Shown in pieces: positions 7,814-17,261 of a DNA stretch of 64,000 nt. Under the pieces are notes generated by a model, which ran no database searches, was not told the origin of the DNA, and was given only the letters and a program-made list of their open reading frames with translations. The stretch covers positions 128,001 through 192,000 of the forward strand of contig CAVSGG010000003.1 of NCBI GenBank assembly GCA_963727455.1. The letters run 5' to 3'. This DNA is from Candidatus Krumholzibacteriota bacterium (GTDB lineage Bacteria; Krumholzibacteriota; Krumholzibacteriia; JAJRXK01). The translations under genes were made by a program, and so were the position numbers. The stretch's first letter is position 1. The number at the start of each line of letters is the position of its first letter.

Positions 7814-10557
7814 TTCGAGTCGTCCGTATCGCCGCTGTCGTCCGAGTCGTCCTTGGACTTCTCGCTTGCTGTGCCGCTGTTCGAATCCGCCTTCGTGCCC
7901 CATAGGTGATTCCAGTAGCGCTCGTCGCCTTTGAGCTTTTTGTCGAAGTAGGCGACGATGGTGCGGCTCCAGAGCAAGCGGCGGTCGTAGCGCAGAATCC
8001 AGTGCTGCTCGCCGTTGATACGGATGAAGTCGACATCCCTTCCCAATACCTTCAGCGCGGTATAGAGCTGCTCGCTCTCTCCCGGCGGCACATTGTTGTC
8101 GATGTCTCCGCACAGAAGCAGCAGCGGGGTATGGATCTTGTCCGCGTTGAAGAGGCTTCCCTGCTCCACGTAGAACTGCGGAGCGTTCCAGGGGTACTTG
8201 CCGGCCGTCGCGACTGCGCTGTAGAACGCACCCCAGTCTCCCTGCCCCCAGTAGGAGCCGATGAAGGAGATTCCGGCGTGGCTCACCGCCGCGGCGTAGA
8301 GATCGCAGTGACTGACCAGATACATGGTCTCGAAGCCGCCGAAGCTGGCACCGATACAGCCCACGCGCTTGGGATCGACGAAGTCATGCGCGGCCAGGAA
8401 CTTCTCGGTGCCTTCGATGATGTCCTGGGAGGAGCGCTTGCCCCAATCGTTCACATGCCGCGCGCTGAACTCCTGCCCGAAACCGGTCGCGCCGCTGGGC
8501 TCGGGCACGTAGATCACGTAGCCGTTGGCGGCCCAGTAGTTCTTCGGATAGCGGCCGCCGAAATCGCGGGTGATGGGAACCGTCCCGCCGTAGTAGTAGA
8601 CGATGCACGGCCACTTTTCGGCCCGGTTCGCATCGAAGTTGGGCGGATAGTACACGCGCCCGATGATGGTAGTGCCGTCGCTCGCAGTGAAGTTCCAGTC
8701 CTCCACCTTCCCCAGCTCGATGCGGTCGAAGCGCGCCCCGTTGGGATCGGCCAGAAGACGGGGCTTCCCCGATGTCTTGGCTTCCTGCACGAAGATCCTC
8801 TCGTGCTGGCTGGTGGACTCCGCAACATAGGCTAGCATCGAACCATCGTGGCTCGTGCTAAGACGACTCGCCACCGCACCCGCACAGTTCAGCTTGGCGA
8901 TCTCCCCGCTCTTGGCGTCCAGGCGATAGAGCAGGTCGCGATCGGCCGTGGTCGCGATGAAGTACACGGCATTGTCCTTCTTGGACCATTCGAACGATCC
9001 AACCGCGGGATCGAACTCGCGCGTGAGCGCGGTGACTTTGCCGCTGGCGCGATCCATCGAGTAGAGCTGATAGTCGTAGTCGTTGGGGATGACTCCCTCC
9101 GGCAGGTTCACGCCAATGCTTCCGAAGGCATCGGGTCCGCCCTCGACCACGATGCTCTTGCCGTCGGGCGCGTAACTCGCGCCACCGGCCCACTTGCTCT
9201 CGAACACTTTCTTGCACTGCAGAGTCTTCAGATCGACCTCGTAATACTCCTGCACGCTGAATGGCCGCTCGGTGCTGCCAAATACCTCGCGCGAGAAGAG
9301 CAAGGTGGAGGAATCCGGGCTGATGTCCTGCAGGCTCGTCGCTTCCGCGCCCGCGGTGAGGCGGTGGCTCGCGCCCGAGGGATAGGATGCCAGGTACAGG
9401 TAGCTGCGATCGCGGTAGGTGGCCCAGCGATCTGCGAGATTCTCGTAGTGCTTGAACTCCTCGTGCTTGCGCTCCTCTTTGTGGCTGACGGTATAGACCA
9501 CGGCACTGGCGTCGGGGAGCCAGCGGTACGAACCGAAATGTTCGACGCCCTTCAGCACACTTTCGGTCGGGCTACCTTCGAGATCGGCCACCCACAGAGT
9601 GGTCTTCTTGTCGTCCTTGGTGGTGAAGCTGTAGCGGTGACCGTTTCCCGGAACCCAGGCGAAGCTCGAGGGCCCATCGTCGCCCTCGAAGGAGCGCACG
9701 AGGCCCCCGTCCTTCGTACGTCGAATTTCGTACCAGCTCTTGCGATCGTCCCGCGGGACGCCGGGGTAGCTCAGCTTGTAGGCCAACAGCTCGCCGTCGT
9801 TGGAGAGCTTCAGTCCGCTGATCGAACGCGCGTCGAGCAGTTCCTTGACTTCCAGCTCGTGCCGTGGCGAGAGATCCACCGCGACATTCACGCTCGAGTC
9901 CGGCGCGGCCATCTTCACCTTGGCCGACAGGGTCCATTCCTTGGCCCCCAACGGATCGCGCAGCGCGCGCACGATGACGCGGTGCTTGCCGCGCAAGAGT
10001 TTCAGATCGACGGTCGCCGGGTCCTTGTCCGTCTTGTCCTTCACTTTCTCGCCATCGAGGTAGACCTGCAAAAGGTGCGGGCTGTCGAGCACCAGCTTTG
10101 CGTCGCTATAGCGATCCACGCTCAGGTAGAAGGCGGCCAAGCACTGGACCGGAAGGGAATTCGCGGACGATTGCGCAGCGGCTGACAAGAGAGAAGAAAG
10201 ATCAAGTGCGCCATCGGTGGCCTTGCGCTCCTGCCACTTGAGCTCTTCCCGCGGCCAACTCCAGCTCGCCCCCGCGGCGGGATAGACCTCGTCCACATCG
10301 ATGGCATCCTGGGCTAGCAGGTCTTTCAGCTCGATCTCGTGCCCCGCTTCACCTGAGAGTGCCGGCAGGGGCAGCGCCGAGGCCCCTGTCACGAGCCACG
10401 AACTCACGGGGATCTCGCGGCCTTCGGTCTCGTCGGCCGCCGTCGCTGCCCGCGCTGCGGCCAAGCACAGCGTCGAAGCGAGCAGGAGCAGAGCCCAGAA
10501 CCTCAGTGGGAGGAATCGAGTGGCGGTGGACGAGGCAAATTCACGGCGCAGACGCAT
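7810..10557 (-). CDS. S9 family (prolyl oligopeptidase/acylaminoacyl peptidase-like) secreted peptidase
   Basis: GASFGG nucleophile, DNNVP Asp, GEQH His; beta-propeller; signal peptide; start reassigned to ATG 10557 with AAAGGA RBS. Confidence 0.9.
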   Translation of the reverse strand: MRLRREFASSTATRFLPLRFWALLLLASTLCLAAARAATAADETEGREIPVSSWLVTGASALPLPALSGEAGHEIELKDLLAQDAIDVDEVYPAAGASWSWPREELKWQERKATDGALDLSSLLSAAAQSSANSLPVQCLAAFYLSVDRYSDAKLVLDSPHLLQVYLDGEKVKDKTDKDPATVDLKLLRGKHRVIVRALRDPLGAKEWTLSAKVKMAAPDSSVNVAVDLSPRHELEVKELLDARSISGLKLSNDGELLAYKLSYPGVPRDDRKSWYEIRRTKDGGLVRSFEGDDGPSSFAWVPGNGHRYSFTTKDDKKTTLWVADLEGSPTESVLKGVEHFGSYRWLPDASAVVYTVSHKEERKHEEFKHYENLADRWATYRDRSYLYLASYPSGASHRLTAGAEATSLQDISPDSSTLLFSREVFGSTERPFSVQEYYEVDLKTLQCKKVFESKWAGGASYAPDGKSIVVEGGPDAFGSIGVNLPEGVIPNDYDYQLYSMDRASGKVTALTREFDPAVGSFEWSKKDNAVYFIATTADRDLLYRLDAKSGEIAKLNCAGAVASRLSTSHDGSMLAYVAESTSQHERIFVQEAKTSGKPRLLADPNGARFDRIELGKVEDWNFTASDGTTIIGRVYYPPNFDANRAEKWPCIVYYYGGTVPITRDFGGRYPKNYWAANGYVIYVPEPSGATGFGQEFSARHVNDWGKRSSQDIIEGTEKFLAAHDFVDPKRVGCIGASFGGFETMYLVSHCDLYAAAVSHAGISFIGSYWGQGDWGAFYSAVATAGKYPWNAPQFYVEQGSLFNADKIHTPLLLLCGDIDNNVPPGESEQLYTALKVLGRDVDFIRINGEQHWILRYDRRLLWSRTIVAYFDKKLKGDERYWNHLWGTKADSNSGTASEKSKDDSDDSGDTDDSN

Positions 10558-10619
10558 CTTGTTCCTTTCGAAGATTATTCTTCTCGCTTCGGAGTTCCTT
10601 CGGTCGGTTCTGACTTGCT

Positions 10620-11120
10620 TCAGTCGTCGTCCTTCAAGCGGGGTTTGGGTACTCTCAGTCCCTGGTTCTCCAACTGGGCCTGGCGCATGGCCACCATGCC
10701 CTGCAGTACCGTCTCTCGCTCGAGTGTCGATTTGATCTGGGGGTCGTAGACTTCCCAGCCCGTCCAGCCCTGTATCATGAAGACAATGGCGAAAACCTGC
10801 GGTCCCCGGGCCTTGATCCAATAGCGCGGAATGGACATCTCGATGCTGCGCAAGGTGTCCGGCGCGGATTCGACGCCGCGAACGGACGAGCTTCCTTCTG
10901 CGGGAGAGCGATCTGCGCGAGAAGTTCCTTCCTCGGCGCTCCCGGCCGACAGGCTAATCGTCATCACGCCGTGTTCGTCCTCTTCCCCGAAGTGGTGCAG
11001 GCGTCCGTCCTGGGCGGAGATGCCCGGCACCGCTCTCAGCTTCTCGCGCACCGCTGCGCACTCGAGCTCTTGATTCTGAGCTTCGCGCGGCCTGAGCAGA
11101 ATGCGGTAGTTTGGATTCAT
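10620..11120 (-). CDS. hypothetical protein
   Basis: Protein-like ORF filling the gap between co-oriented genes; start uncertain (11120 or 11153). Confidence 0.55.
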   Translation of the reverse strand: MNPNYRILLRPREAQNQELECAAVREKLRAVPGISAQDGRLHHFGEEDEHGVMTISLSAGSAEEGTSRADRSPAEGSSSVRGVESAPDTLRSIEMSIPRYWIKARGPQVFAIVFMIQGWTGWEVYDPQIKSTLERETVLQGMVAMRQAQLENQGLRVPKPRLKDDD

Positions 11121-11247
11121 GGCATGCTTGGATTGGAGGAATTCCGGCTCCAAGACGAATGCGCTTTCCGAGGCGCGGTCCCCTTAGCTCTTGCGGCACT
11201 TAAGGCTCTTGGGCTCTTGGGCCCTTCGGTTCTTGCGACACCCAACC

Positions 11248-13284
11248 TCACTTCAAGATGACGAGCTTCCCCGTCTGCGTATCGCCGGTGTCGAGATTTT
11301 CGACCGCGTAGACGTAGAGACCCGGGGCGAGGGCGCGAGTGTTTTCACTCAGCATGTCCCAGGCGACCTGTCCGGTGGAGGCGTCATCGCGCTGTAGCTT
11401 GTCCACCAGCGTGCCGCTGACGTTATAAATGGAGATGATCGCGCGCGCAGGAACGTTGGTGAAGTAGATCTTCCGGCCCAGCTCCGCGGGTTCACCGGTG
11501 GGGCGCCGCGCATCGAAGAGCGAGCTGCCGCGATAGGGATTGGGATACACGCCCACCGCGTTGGGATTGGATGGGCCTCCGGGAGCAGAACCCGGCGTGA
11601 CGAGAATCGAATTCTCGTTGAATCCGCTCTCGAGCTCCTCCAGACCCTGCCGGGGGCGTCGATTCGAGTAGGAAGTGACCGAGTACCAGTACTTGAAACC
11701 GTCGCGCACCCCCCGGTCGATGAATTCGCGTTTGCCGTCGGCGGTCATGTGTGGCAGGCCGAGGTTGTAGCCCCAGGTGTCGGGCGTTCCGTCGGGCCAG
11801 GTCACGCGATCGAACTCCGCGATCAACGAGGCCTGCTTGAAAGGATCGCCGGTGATTTCCGCCCCGTCGATGCGATAGATGCGGTAGCCCTGGAAGTCGT
11901 AGTCGCCAGTGAATTCACTGCGATGGTATTCGGGGGATGCGGTCGTGGGATCGTAATCGCCCGTGGGTTCGGTGCCGGGATCCCAACGCAGAATGACTTC
12001 GTTGTCCTTCGTGCTCACTTCCAATATGGGGCTGGGCGGACCCGAAGGTAGTTGGAAACCCGCATCGAAGGTGCTCTGAGCAACCTGGCTGTTGTTGACC
12101 ATCGAGGCGGAATCGGGTCCAGCCACCATCGCGATGGTGAAGTGCGCCTGGTCGCCGGGCAACAGGAGGTCCCAGGGACCGACGGCCAGCATCGAAGTCC
12201 AGTTGCCGTTCGCGTCGAAGTTGTTCCCCTGCCCGTCGTTTCCACGATCGATCTCTCCCGAGGCCATGAATTCGTACTTCCCCTTGTCCAGCCGGCGACG
12301 CGCATCGTTGAAACGCCACTGCCGGTAGGAAAGCGTGGGACGGACACCGTCATAACCCAAAATGCGGCAGCCGGCCCAGGATTCGGCCTTACCATTTTCT
12401 CCGTCGGCGTCGTGGCACCACATGATGCGCGCATCGGGATCGGTGCCGTAATCGCCCGGCGCGATGAAGCCGTTACGATCGTCGTAGAAGTTCCAGCCGT
12501 TGGTTTCGTCTCCGGGGATGGTGACGGTTGTGTTTCCCACGCTCAGCTCGTTGTACCAGCCGATGTAGACCTGACTCAGCTCCTGATCGCTCACGTTCTC
12601 CACCGTGAAATCGATGATGACGAAGTCGTCGGCATAGGGCGGCGCGTAGGCGAGAACCTTGGTGTCGACCCGCAGTCCCATCGCGATGTGTGGATCGTCG
12701 TTGCTTGAATCGCCCGGACCCAGTTCGTCATAAATGGAGAAGTCGAATTCCTGATCGGCGAGCGCCGAGGTGGAGAAGTTGGGACTGAGCGGATTGGTGG
12801 AGAGCAGCTTGATACCGTCCTCGGGACGCGGGCCGTACTCCTGGGTGGGCGAAGACTGCCCTGAACTCGTGTCATCCGCTCCAGCCGAGACCAGCGAGTC
12901 GCCTTCGGCGGTAATCGCGCCCACCCAGATTCCCCCCACGAACATGTGCTCCACGTTCGAGTTCAGAGGGTATTCGAAACTGGGCGAGGACAGGGTGGGA
13001 TTGAGCAGGTTTCCGAAGTACCCCACGTTGGTCACGTTGAGTCCCACCGCACCTACGTTGGTGTAGACCGAGGTCGCAGTGCGCTTGAGCGCGAGGGGAT
13101 CGGCTCTCCAATCGCCCGGTCCCGCCATCGCCGACCCCATCGCGAGAACGCTCATGACGGAGAGGGCGGCAAACACTTGCCACACAGCACACACGAGTAC
13201 GCGGCGCGAGGGGTCGAGCGCTCTGAGGATTCGTGCAAACTTGCAGAGCATGGGGAAGCGAATCGTCAATGTCCGGCGCGGCAT
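11248..13284 (-). CDS. secreted protein with FN3-like region and PNPY-type T9SS-CTD-like C-terminus
   Basis: EYPLNSNVEHMFVGGIWVGA, DFQGYRIYR, YWYSVTSY, VYPNPY...IYFTNVP...WDM...GLYVY...GKLVILK; start uncertain (could be ~13155). Confidence 0.8.
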   Translation of the reverse strand: MPRRTLTIRFPMLCKFARILRALDPSRRVLVCAVWQVFAALSVMSVLAMGSAMAGPGDWRADPLALKRTATSVYTNVGAVGLNVTNVGYFGNLLNPTLSSPSFEYPLNSNVEHMFVGGIWVGAITAEGDSLVSAGADDTSSGQSSPTQEYGPRPEDGIKLLSTNPLSPNFSTSALADQEFDFSIYDELGPGDSSNDDPHIAMGLRVDTKVLAYAPPYADDFVIIDFTVENVSDQELSQVYIGWYNELSVGNTTVTIPGDETNGWNFYDDRNGFIAPGDYGTDPDARIMWCHDADGENGKAESWAGCRILGYDGVRPTLSYRQWRFNDARRRLDKGKYEFMASGEIDRGNDGQGNNFDANGNWTSMLAVGPWDLLLPGDQAHFTIAMVAGPDSASMVNNSQVAQSTFDAGFQLPSGPPSPILEVSTKDNEVILRWDPGTEPTGDYDPTTASPEYHRSEFTGDYDFQGYRIYRIDGAEITGDPFKQASLIAEFDRVTWPDGTPDTWGYNLGLPHMTADGKREFIDRGVRDGFKYWYSVTSYSNRRPRQGLEELESGFNENSILVTPGSAPGGPSNPNAVGVYPNPYRGSSLFDARRPTGEPAELGRKIYFTNVPARAIISIYNVSGTLVDKLQRDDASTGQVAWDMLSENTRALAPGLYVYAVENLDTGDTQTGKLVILK

Positions 13285-13350
13285 CTTTTTCCTGGGAAGC
13301 GATTGGGGCTCGTTCTAGGCTTCAGGAAAGCGTAGTCCTCCCCCGCGCAT

Positions 13351-14625
13351 GTGTCCAGGGTCCCTATGCACCGCCAACTTCGGTTTCCGCTCTCTGCTCT
13401 CGCGTCCTCCTCCCTGAAGCTCGGCTTGCTCGCATTCTGTACCCTCTCTCTCCTCTCACTGGCCGCCTGCCGGAACGATGGCGAAGGCACCGGGACTGCG
13501 GACGAGGCGGCCGGCGGCGACGGGGTGTCCTCAGCCGAGCACTCCTTCGCGAACTCATCCCATCTTCACCTCGATTTCGACTTTGGCGCAGGAAGACTTC
13601 GGGTCGTTCGTCACCGCTTGCAGACCACCGGCTCCGCCAGCGACACCCTCTGGGCGCCGCTGGCCGGCGGCGAGGAGGCCGATCTCGAGGAATTTCGCAT
13701 TCTCCTGGCTCGGCAGGCAGGAATCGGCCCTCCGCTCCAGCTCCCGGAGAGCCAACGGCTCGACTTTCTGGCCCACGATCTGGGGCGACGGCTCCTGGGG
13801 ACCGAAGCTGCCCTGCTCTCGGGTTCGGCCCGCTGGATCGTGAGTCCCGCGAGAGCGGCACCGCTGGAGGCGCTCATCCTGCCCTGGGGCAGCGGCGACA
13901 CGCGGGTCCTGCAGCGATTCGTCGTGAGCTATACTCCCCGCGCCGACGAGGACGGATCAAAGAAGCCCCCGCCATGTCCGCTCGCCGCGGATTCGCAAGC
14001 GCCGGCGGGACACGGAGTCCTGGCCCTCATTCCCTACACCCCCGATCTGACCCCGGTCGAGGATGACCCCGACACTCTGCTGTGGACCCTGCGCTCCCGG
14101 CTGCGGCGCCTGGACACCATTCCGCGCGCCGAGACCTCCCCTGGCGAGCTCGAGACGGTCCTGGCCGCCGCCACCGGGAATTCGGGCTACGCGCTCATCC
14201 TCCTGCGGGCGCGACCCGCTGAAGCCGAGCCGCTACTCTCTTCTCTCTCTGACACCAGTTCCCTCGTTTGGTGGGTGCGCCCTCCCCACGAAGCTCGTTC
14301 GCGCGGATATGAGGGCGAAGCGCGGACACGTGCCCGCTGCCTGGCGCAGCTACAAAGGCTCGTGGACGGGGGGTATGGTGTGATCGTGGATCTCTGGCCG
14401 CGCAACGATCAAACCGTGAAGCGGGGAGCAAAGGTGTGGATCGCGGCGCTACGGTCCGGGGATCCTCCGGCCCTCGCGCTCGCCGAAGCCAAGCGCGCCA
14501 TGGCGCGGCAGGAGCCCGAACAGCCCGGCCTGTGGGCGGGCTGGATCGTCCTGGGCCCGTGCGATGTCCCGCTGCGACTCTCGCGTCCTGGACTGCTCAA
14601 ACGGATCTTCTCCTCCGAGCACTGA
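13351..14625 (+). CDS. putative lipoprotein with degenerate CHAT (caspase-like) domain
   Basis: Lipobox-like LSLAAC; VIVDLWPRND and ALAEAKRAM...PGLWAGWIVLG resemble the CHAT C-terminus. Confidence 0.6.
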   Translation: MSRVPMHRQLRFPLSALASSSLKLGLLAFCTLSLLSLAACRNDGEGTGTADEAAGGDGVSSAEHSFANSSHLHLDFDFGAGRLRVVRHRLQTTGSASDTLWAPLAGGEEADLEEFRILLARQAGIGPPLQLPESQRLDFLAHDLGRRLLGTEAALLSGSARWIVSPARAAPLEALILPWGSGDTRVLQRFVVSYTPRADEDGSKKPPPCPLAADSQAPAGHGVLALIPYTPDLTPVEDDPDTLLWTLRSRLRRLDTIPRAETSPGELETVLAAATGNSGYALILLRARPAEAEPLLSSLSDTSSLVWWVRPPHEARSRGYEGEARTRARCLAQLQRLVDGGYGVIVDLWPRNDQTVKRGAKVWIAALRSGDPPALALAEAKRAMARQEPEQPGLWAGWIVLGPCDVPLRLSRPGLLKRIFSSEH

Positions 14626-14707
14626 AAGCCCTGCCGTGCTTCCGCGCGCCTCGGGATTTGCTGACGAAGCTGGCCCACGAAGCGGTGGCCGCATCGCAAT
14701 TCGCCGC

Positions 14708-16963
14708 TCAACAATTGGAGCCGATCCAATAGTCGGCGGCGACGGAGAGCGCGCGGCTGGCCCGGTCGATCTTGCGGTAGACCGGCAGACCGGCCCGTTC
14801 CAAGAGAAGCACGCTGGGATCATAGAGCCGGCCCGAGTCGATCACGACGACCATCGGCTTGTCGGTCTCCTTACTCACGCGGATGAATTCGCTGGGCAGA
14901 GAATTCATGGAGAAGATGTTCTCGCTGTGCTTTCCGCTGAGGTCGGGGGCCAGGATGTCCAAACCGGGGGTGGCGGGAATGGCCGAGACGACCAGCGCGT
15001 CCACCTCTTCCGCGTGCGCGAGAATTTCCACTGCCTTGATAAAGGGCCGCGTTCCTGCCATCGGGGTGGCATCCACCGGGTTGCCGACGTGCGCGATCTC
15101 GGGCAACACTTCGCGCAGCTGCTCGCGCGTCGTCTGCGAGAATTCGGTCAGTCTTAGCCCGTAGAGATGATCACTCACTGCTCCGGCTTCGAAGCCCGCA
15201 TTGGTGATGACGCCCAGGCGCCGGTCCTTGGCCCGCTTGCTCCCCAACATGGTGAGGATCTTGGTGTAGTCCTCGAACTGGTTGAGAGTCTCACAGACGA
15301 TCGCGCCGGCTTCCTTGAGCATGACGCGCGCGATCTCGTAGTCGCCGGCGATGCTCGCGGTGTGGCTGGCGGCAGCCTTGGCTCCACCCGCCGTCTTTCC
15401 CGCCTTGTACACGACCACCGCCTTGCCCTTTGCGGTCGCGGCTCGCACCAGGCCCAAGAAGCGCTCGCCTTCCAGGGGCTGGAAACCCTCGATGTAGAAA
15501 CAGAACACCTGTGTGTCGCTCTCGTACTCGAGGTAGTACTGCAAGAAATCGCTCGCGGTGAGATCCATCTCGTTGCCGTAAGAAATGGAGACGCGGGGAA
15601 AGATGATCCCGTCCAAGTTGGAGGTGAAGCTGACCAGGTACGCACCGGATTGACTGACCGCGACCAGGTTGGTGCCCGGAGCCTTGTGGAAGGGCAGCTT
15701 GTAGTGCGGAAGGAAGAAAGTGTTGTACTCGCGCTTGGAAACGATGCCCAAACAGTTGCCGCCGACCATTACCGGACCACCGTCGGGACGGCTGCGCGAG
15801 GAGGCCAGACTCTCCTCGATACGACTCGCGAGATCACCCTGTCCGGTCTCGGCGAAACCGCCAGGAATGAGAATGATGCTGCGCGTCTTGCCGGTGGCAA
15901 CCAACTCTTCGATCGCGTCGGGAGCGATGGGCGCGGGAATCGACACCACTGCCAAGTCGACCGGCTCGGGCAACGCCGCCGCGTCAGGCACACAGGGAAC
16001 CCCGTCGATGCGCTCGGCCTTGGGATGGATCGCCCACAGCTTTCCGTAGGTGATGCCCTCGCTACGCTTCAAATTGTCCAGGATGATCCGGCCCGCGTTC
16101 ATGTGCTTGGACGAGGCGCCGTAGACCACCGCGCTGCGCGGATGGAGTAGCTTCTCGATGTTGGCGATCGGACGTGGCGTGCGACCGGGCGCGGGGGTCG
16201 CTTCGATCGAGGCCAAGGCGTCCAGAGCCAAGAGCCGACCATCGCGCGCCACCACCGGATTCAGTTCCAATTCGGCGAGACGGGGCTGTCCGAGTTCGGT
16301 TCTTTCCTGAAAAATCTTGGCCAGGCGCTGCAGGGCGTCACCAAGAATGCTGGCATCCAGCGGGGCCGTCTTGTGCAGACGGCTCGGCGCGAGGGCGATC
16401 GCTCCCAGCGCGGAGGCTCTCAGGCAATCCATCTCCGTGTCTTTGTCGAAGGCGTCCACGCTCATGATCATGTGCGCGCGCCCCTGCGCGAGATCGCCGT
16501 ACCATTCGCTCAAGAGTCCACCCAGTCCAAACATGAGGTACGGTCCCATTGCGGGGTCGCGCCGCGCGCTCAGGATGAACTCACTGCCCGGAAGATCGGC
16601 CGGTAGCTGCACCCGCTCCACCACCAGGATGCCGACGAGCTGGGCTCCTTTGGCTTTGCTCTTGACCTCCTCGTACATCGTGTCCAGCGCGGCGCTGACC
16701 GCCGACGCCTCGCACGCCACCATGCGAACGCCTCCCACGTCGCTCTTGTGGAGGATCTGTGGCGACACGATTTTCAGCACCACCTCCTCGCATCGCAGAG
16801 CCTCCAACTGCTCGGCGCTCGGCTTTCGCCCCTGCTCTAGAAAGAAGTGCCGCGGAGTCTCGATGCCGATCTCCTCGAGGAAGGCATAGGCTTCTCCTTC
16901 GAACAGATGATCGCGTCCCTGTTGATGAACCCTCTGCAAAGTCTCCTGAAGGGAAGCGGACAT
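14708..16963 (-). CDS. ADP-forming acetate/acyl-CoA ligase, ATP-grasp(beta)-CoA-binding(alpha) fusion
   Basis: VVLKIVSPQILHKSDVGGV and ELELNP ATP-grasp; GGNCLG, SQSG, ASHTASIAG phospho-His, TNAG, GNPVD; start reassigned to ATG 16963. Confidence 0.9.
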   Translation of the reverse strand: MSASLQETLQRVHQQGRDHLFEGEAYAFLEEIGIETPRHFFLEQGRKPSAEQLEALRCEEVVLKIVSPQILHKSDVGGVRMVACEASAVSAALDTMYEEVKSKAKGAQLVGILVVERVQLPADLPGSEFILSARRDPAMGPYLMFGLGGLLSEWYGDLAQGRAHMIMSVDAFDKDTEMDCLRASALGAIALAPSRLHKTAPLDASILGDALQRLAKIFQERTELGQPRLAELELNPVVARDGRLLALDALASIEATPAPGRTPRPIANIEKLLHPRSAVVYGASSKHMNAGRIILDNLKRSEGITYGKLWAIHPKAERIDGVPCVPDAAALPEPVDLAVVSIPAPIAPDAIEELVATGKTRSIILIPGGFAETGQGDLASRIEESLASSRSRPDGGPVMVGGNCLGIVSKREYNTFFLPHYKLPFHKAPGTNLVAVSQSGAYLVSFTSNLDGIIFPRVSISYGNEMDLTASDFLQYYLEYESDTQVFCFYIEGFQPLEGERFLGLVRAATAKGKAVVVYKAGKTAGGAKAAASHTASIAGDYEIARVMLKEAGAIVCETLNQFEDYTKILTMLGSKRAKDRRLGVITNAGFEAGAVSDHLYGLRLTEFSQTTREQLREVLPEIAHVGNPVDATPMAGTRPFIKAVEILAHAEEVDALVVSAIPATPGLDILAPDLSGKHSENIFSMNSLPSEFIRVSKETDKPMVVVIDSGRLYDPSVLLLERAGLPVYRKIDRASRALSVAADYWIGSNC

Positions 16964-17061
16964 GAGAAAGCTCCATGATCGTGAGGAAACTGGTCGTCGA
17001 GCGCGCCTAGCTAGAATCTCGGGCTGAAAGGAGCTGCTTCCAAGCGCTTTTTTCCAGGAAA

Positions 17062-17077
17062 TGCAAGCCCGGTTCCG
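17062..17077 (-). promoter_or_regulatory. possible sigma54 -24/-12 promoter
   Basis: Minus strand CGGAACcgggcTTGCA, GG-N10-GC spacing, ~100 bp upstream of the acyl-CoA ligase. Confidence 0.35.
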
Positions 17078-17186
17078 GGGCGTCTTTGAATCGCGCCGTC
17101 GCGCGCCGGTGGAGGCAAGTTCAAATCGCAGTTGCGCGCGCGGAGCGAGCTCCGGCAATGCAGATCGGAGCGAAGTTCAGCAAACG

Positions 17187-17216
17187 GAAGGCCCGGCAGA
17201 AAACTGCCGGGCCTTC
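17187..17216 (-). terminator. rho-independent terminator-like hairpin
   Basis: Perfect 13-bp stem GAAGGCCCGGCAG/CTGCCGGGCCTTC with 4-nt loop, just downstream of 17262..19208. Confidence 0.75.
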
Positions 17217-17261
17217 GGTGTCGCTCGCAACCTAACCGCGCGGGGGAAAGACCCCGAACAG

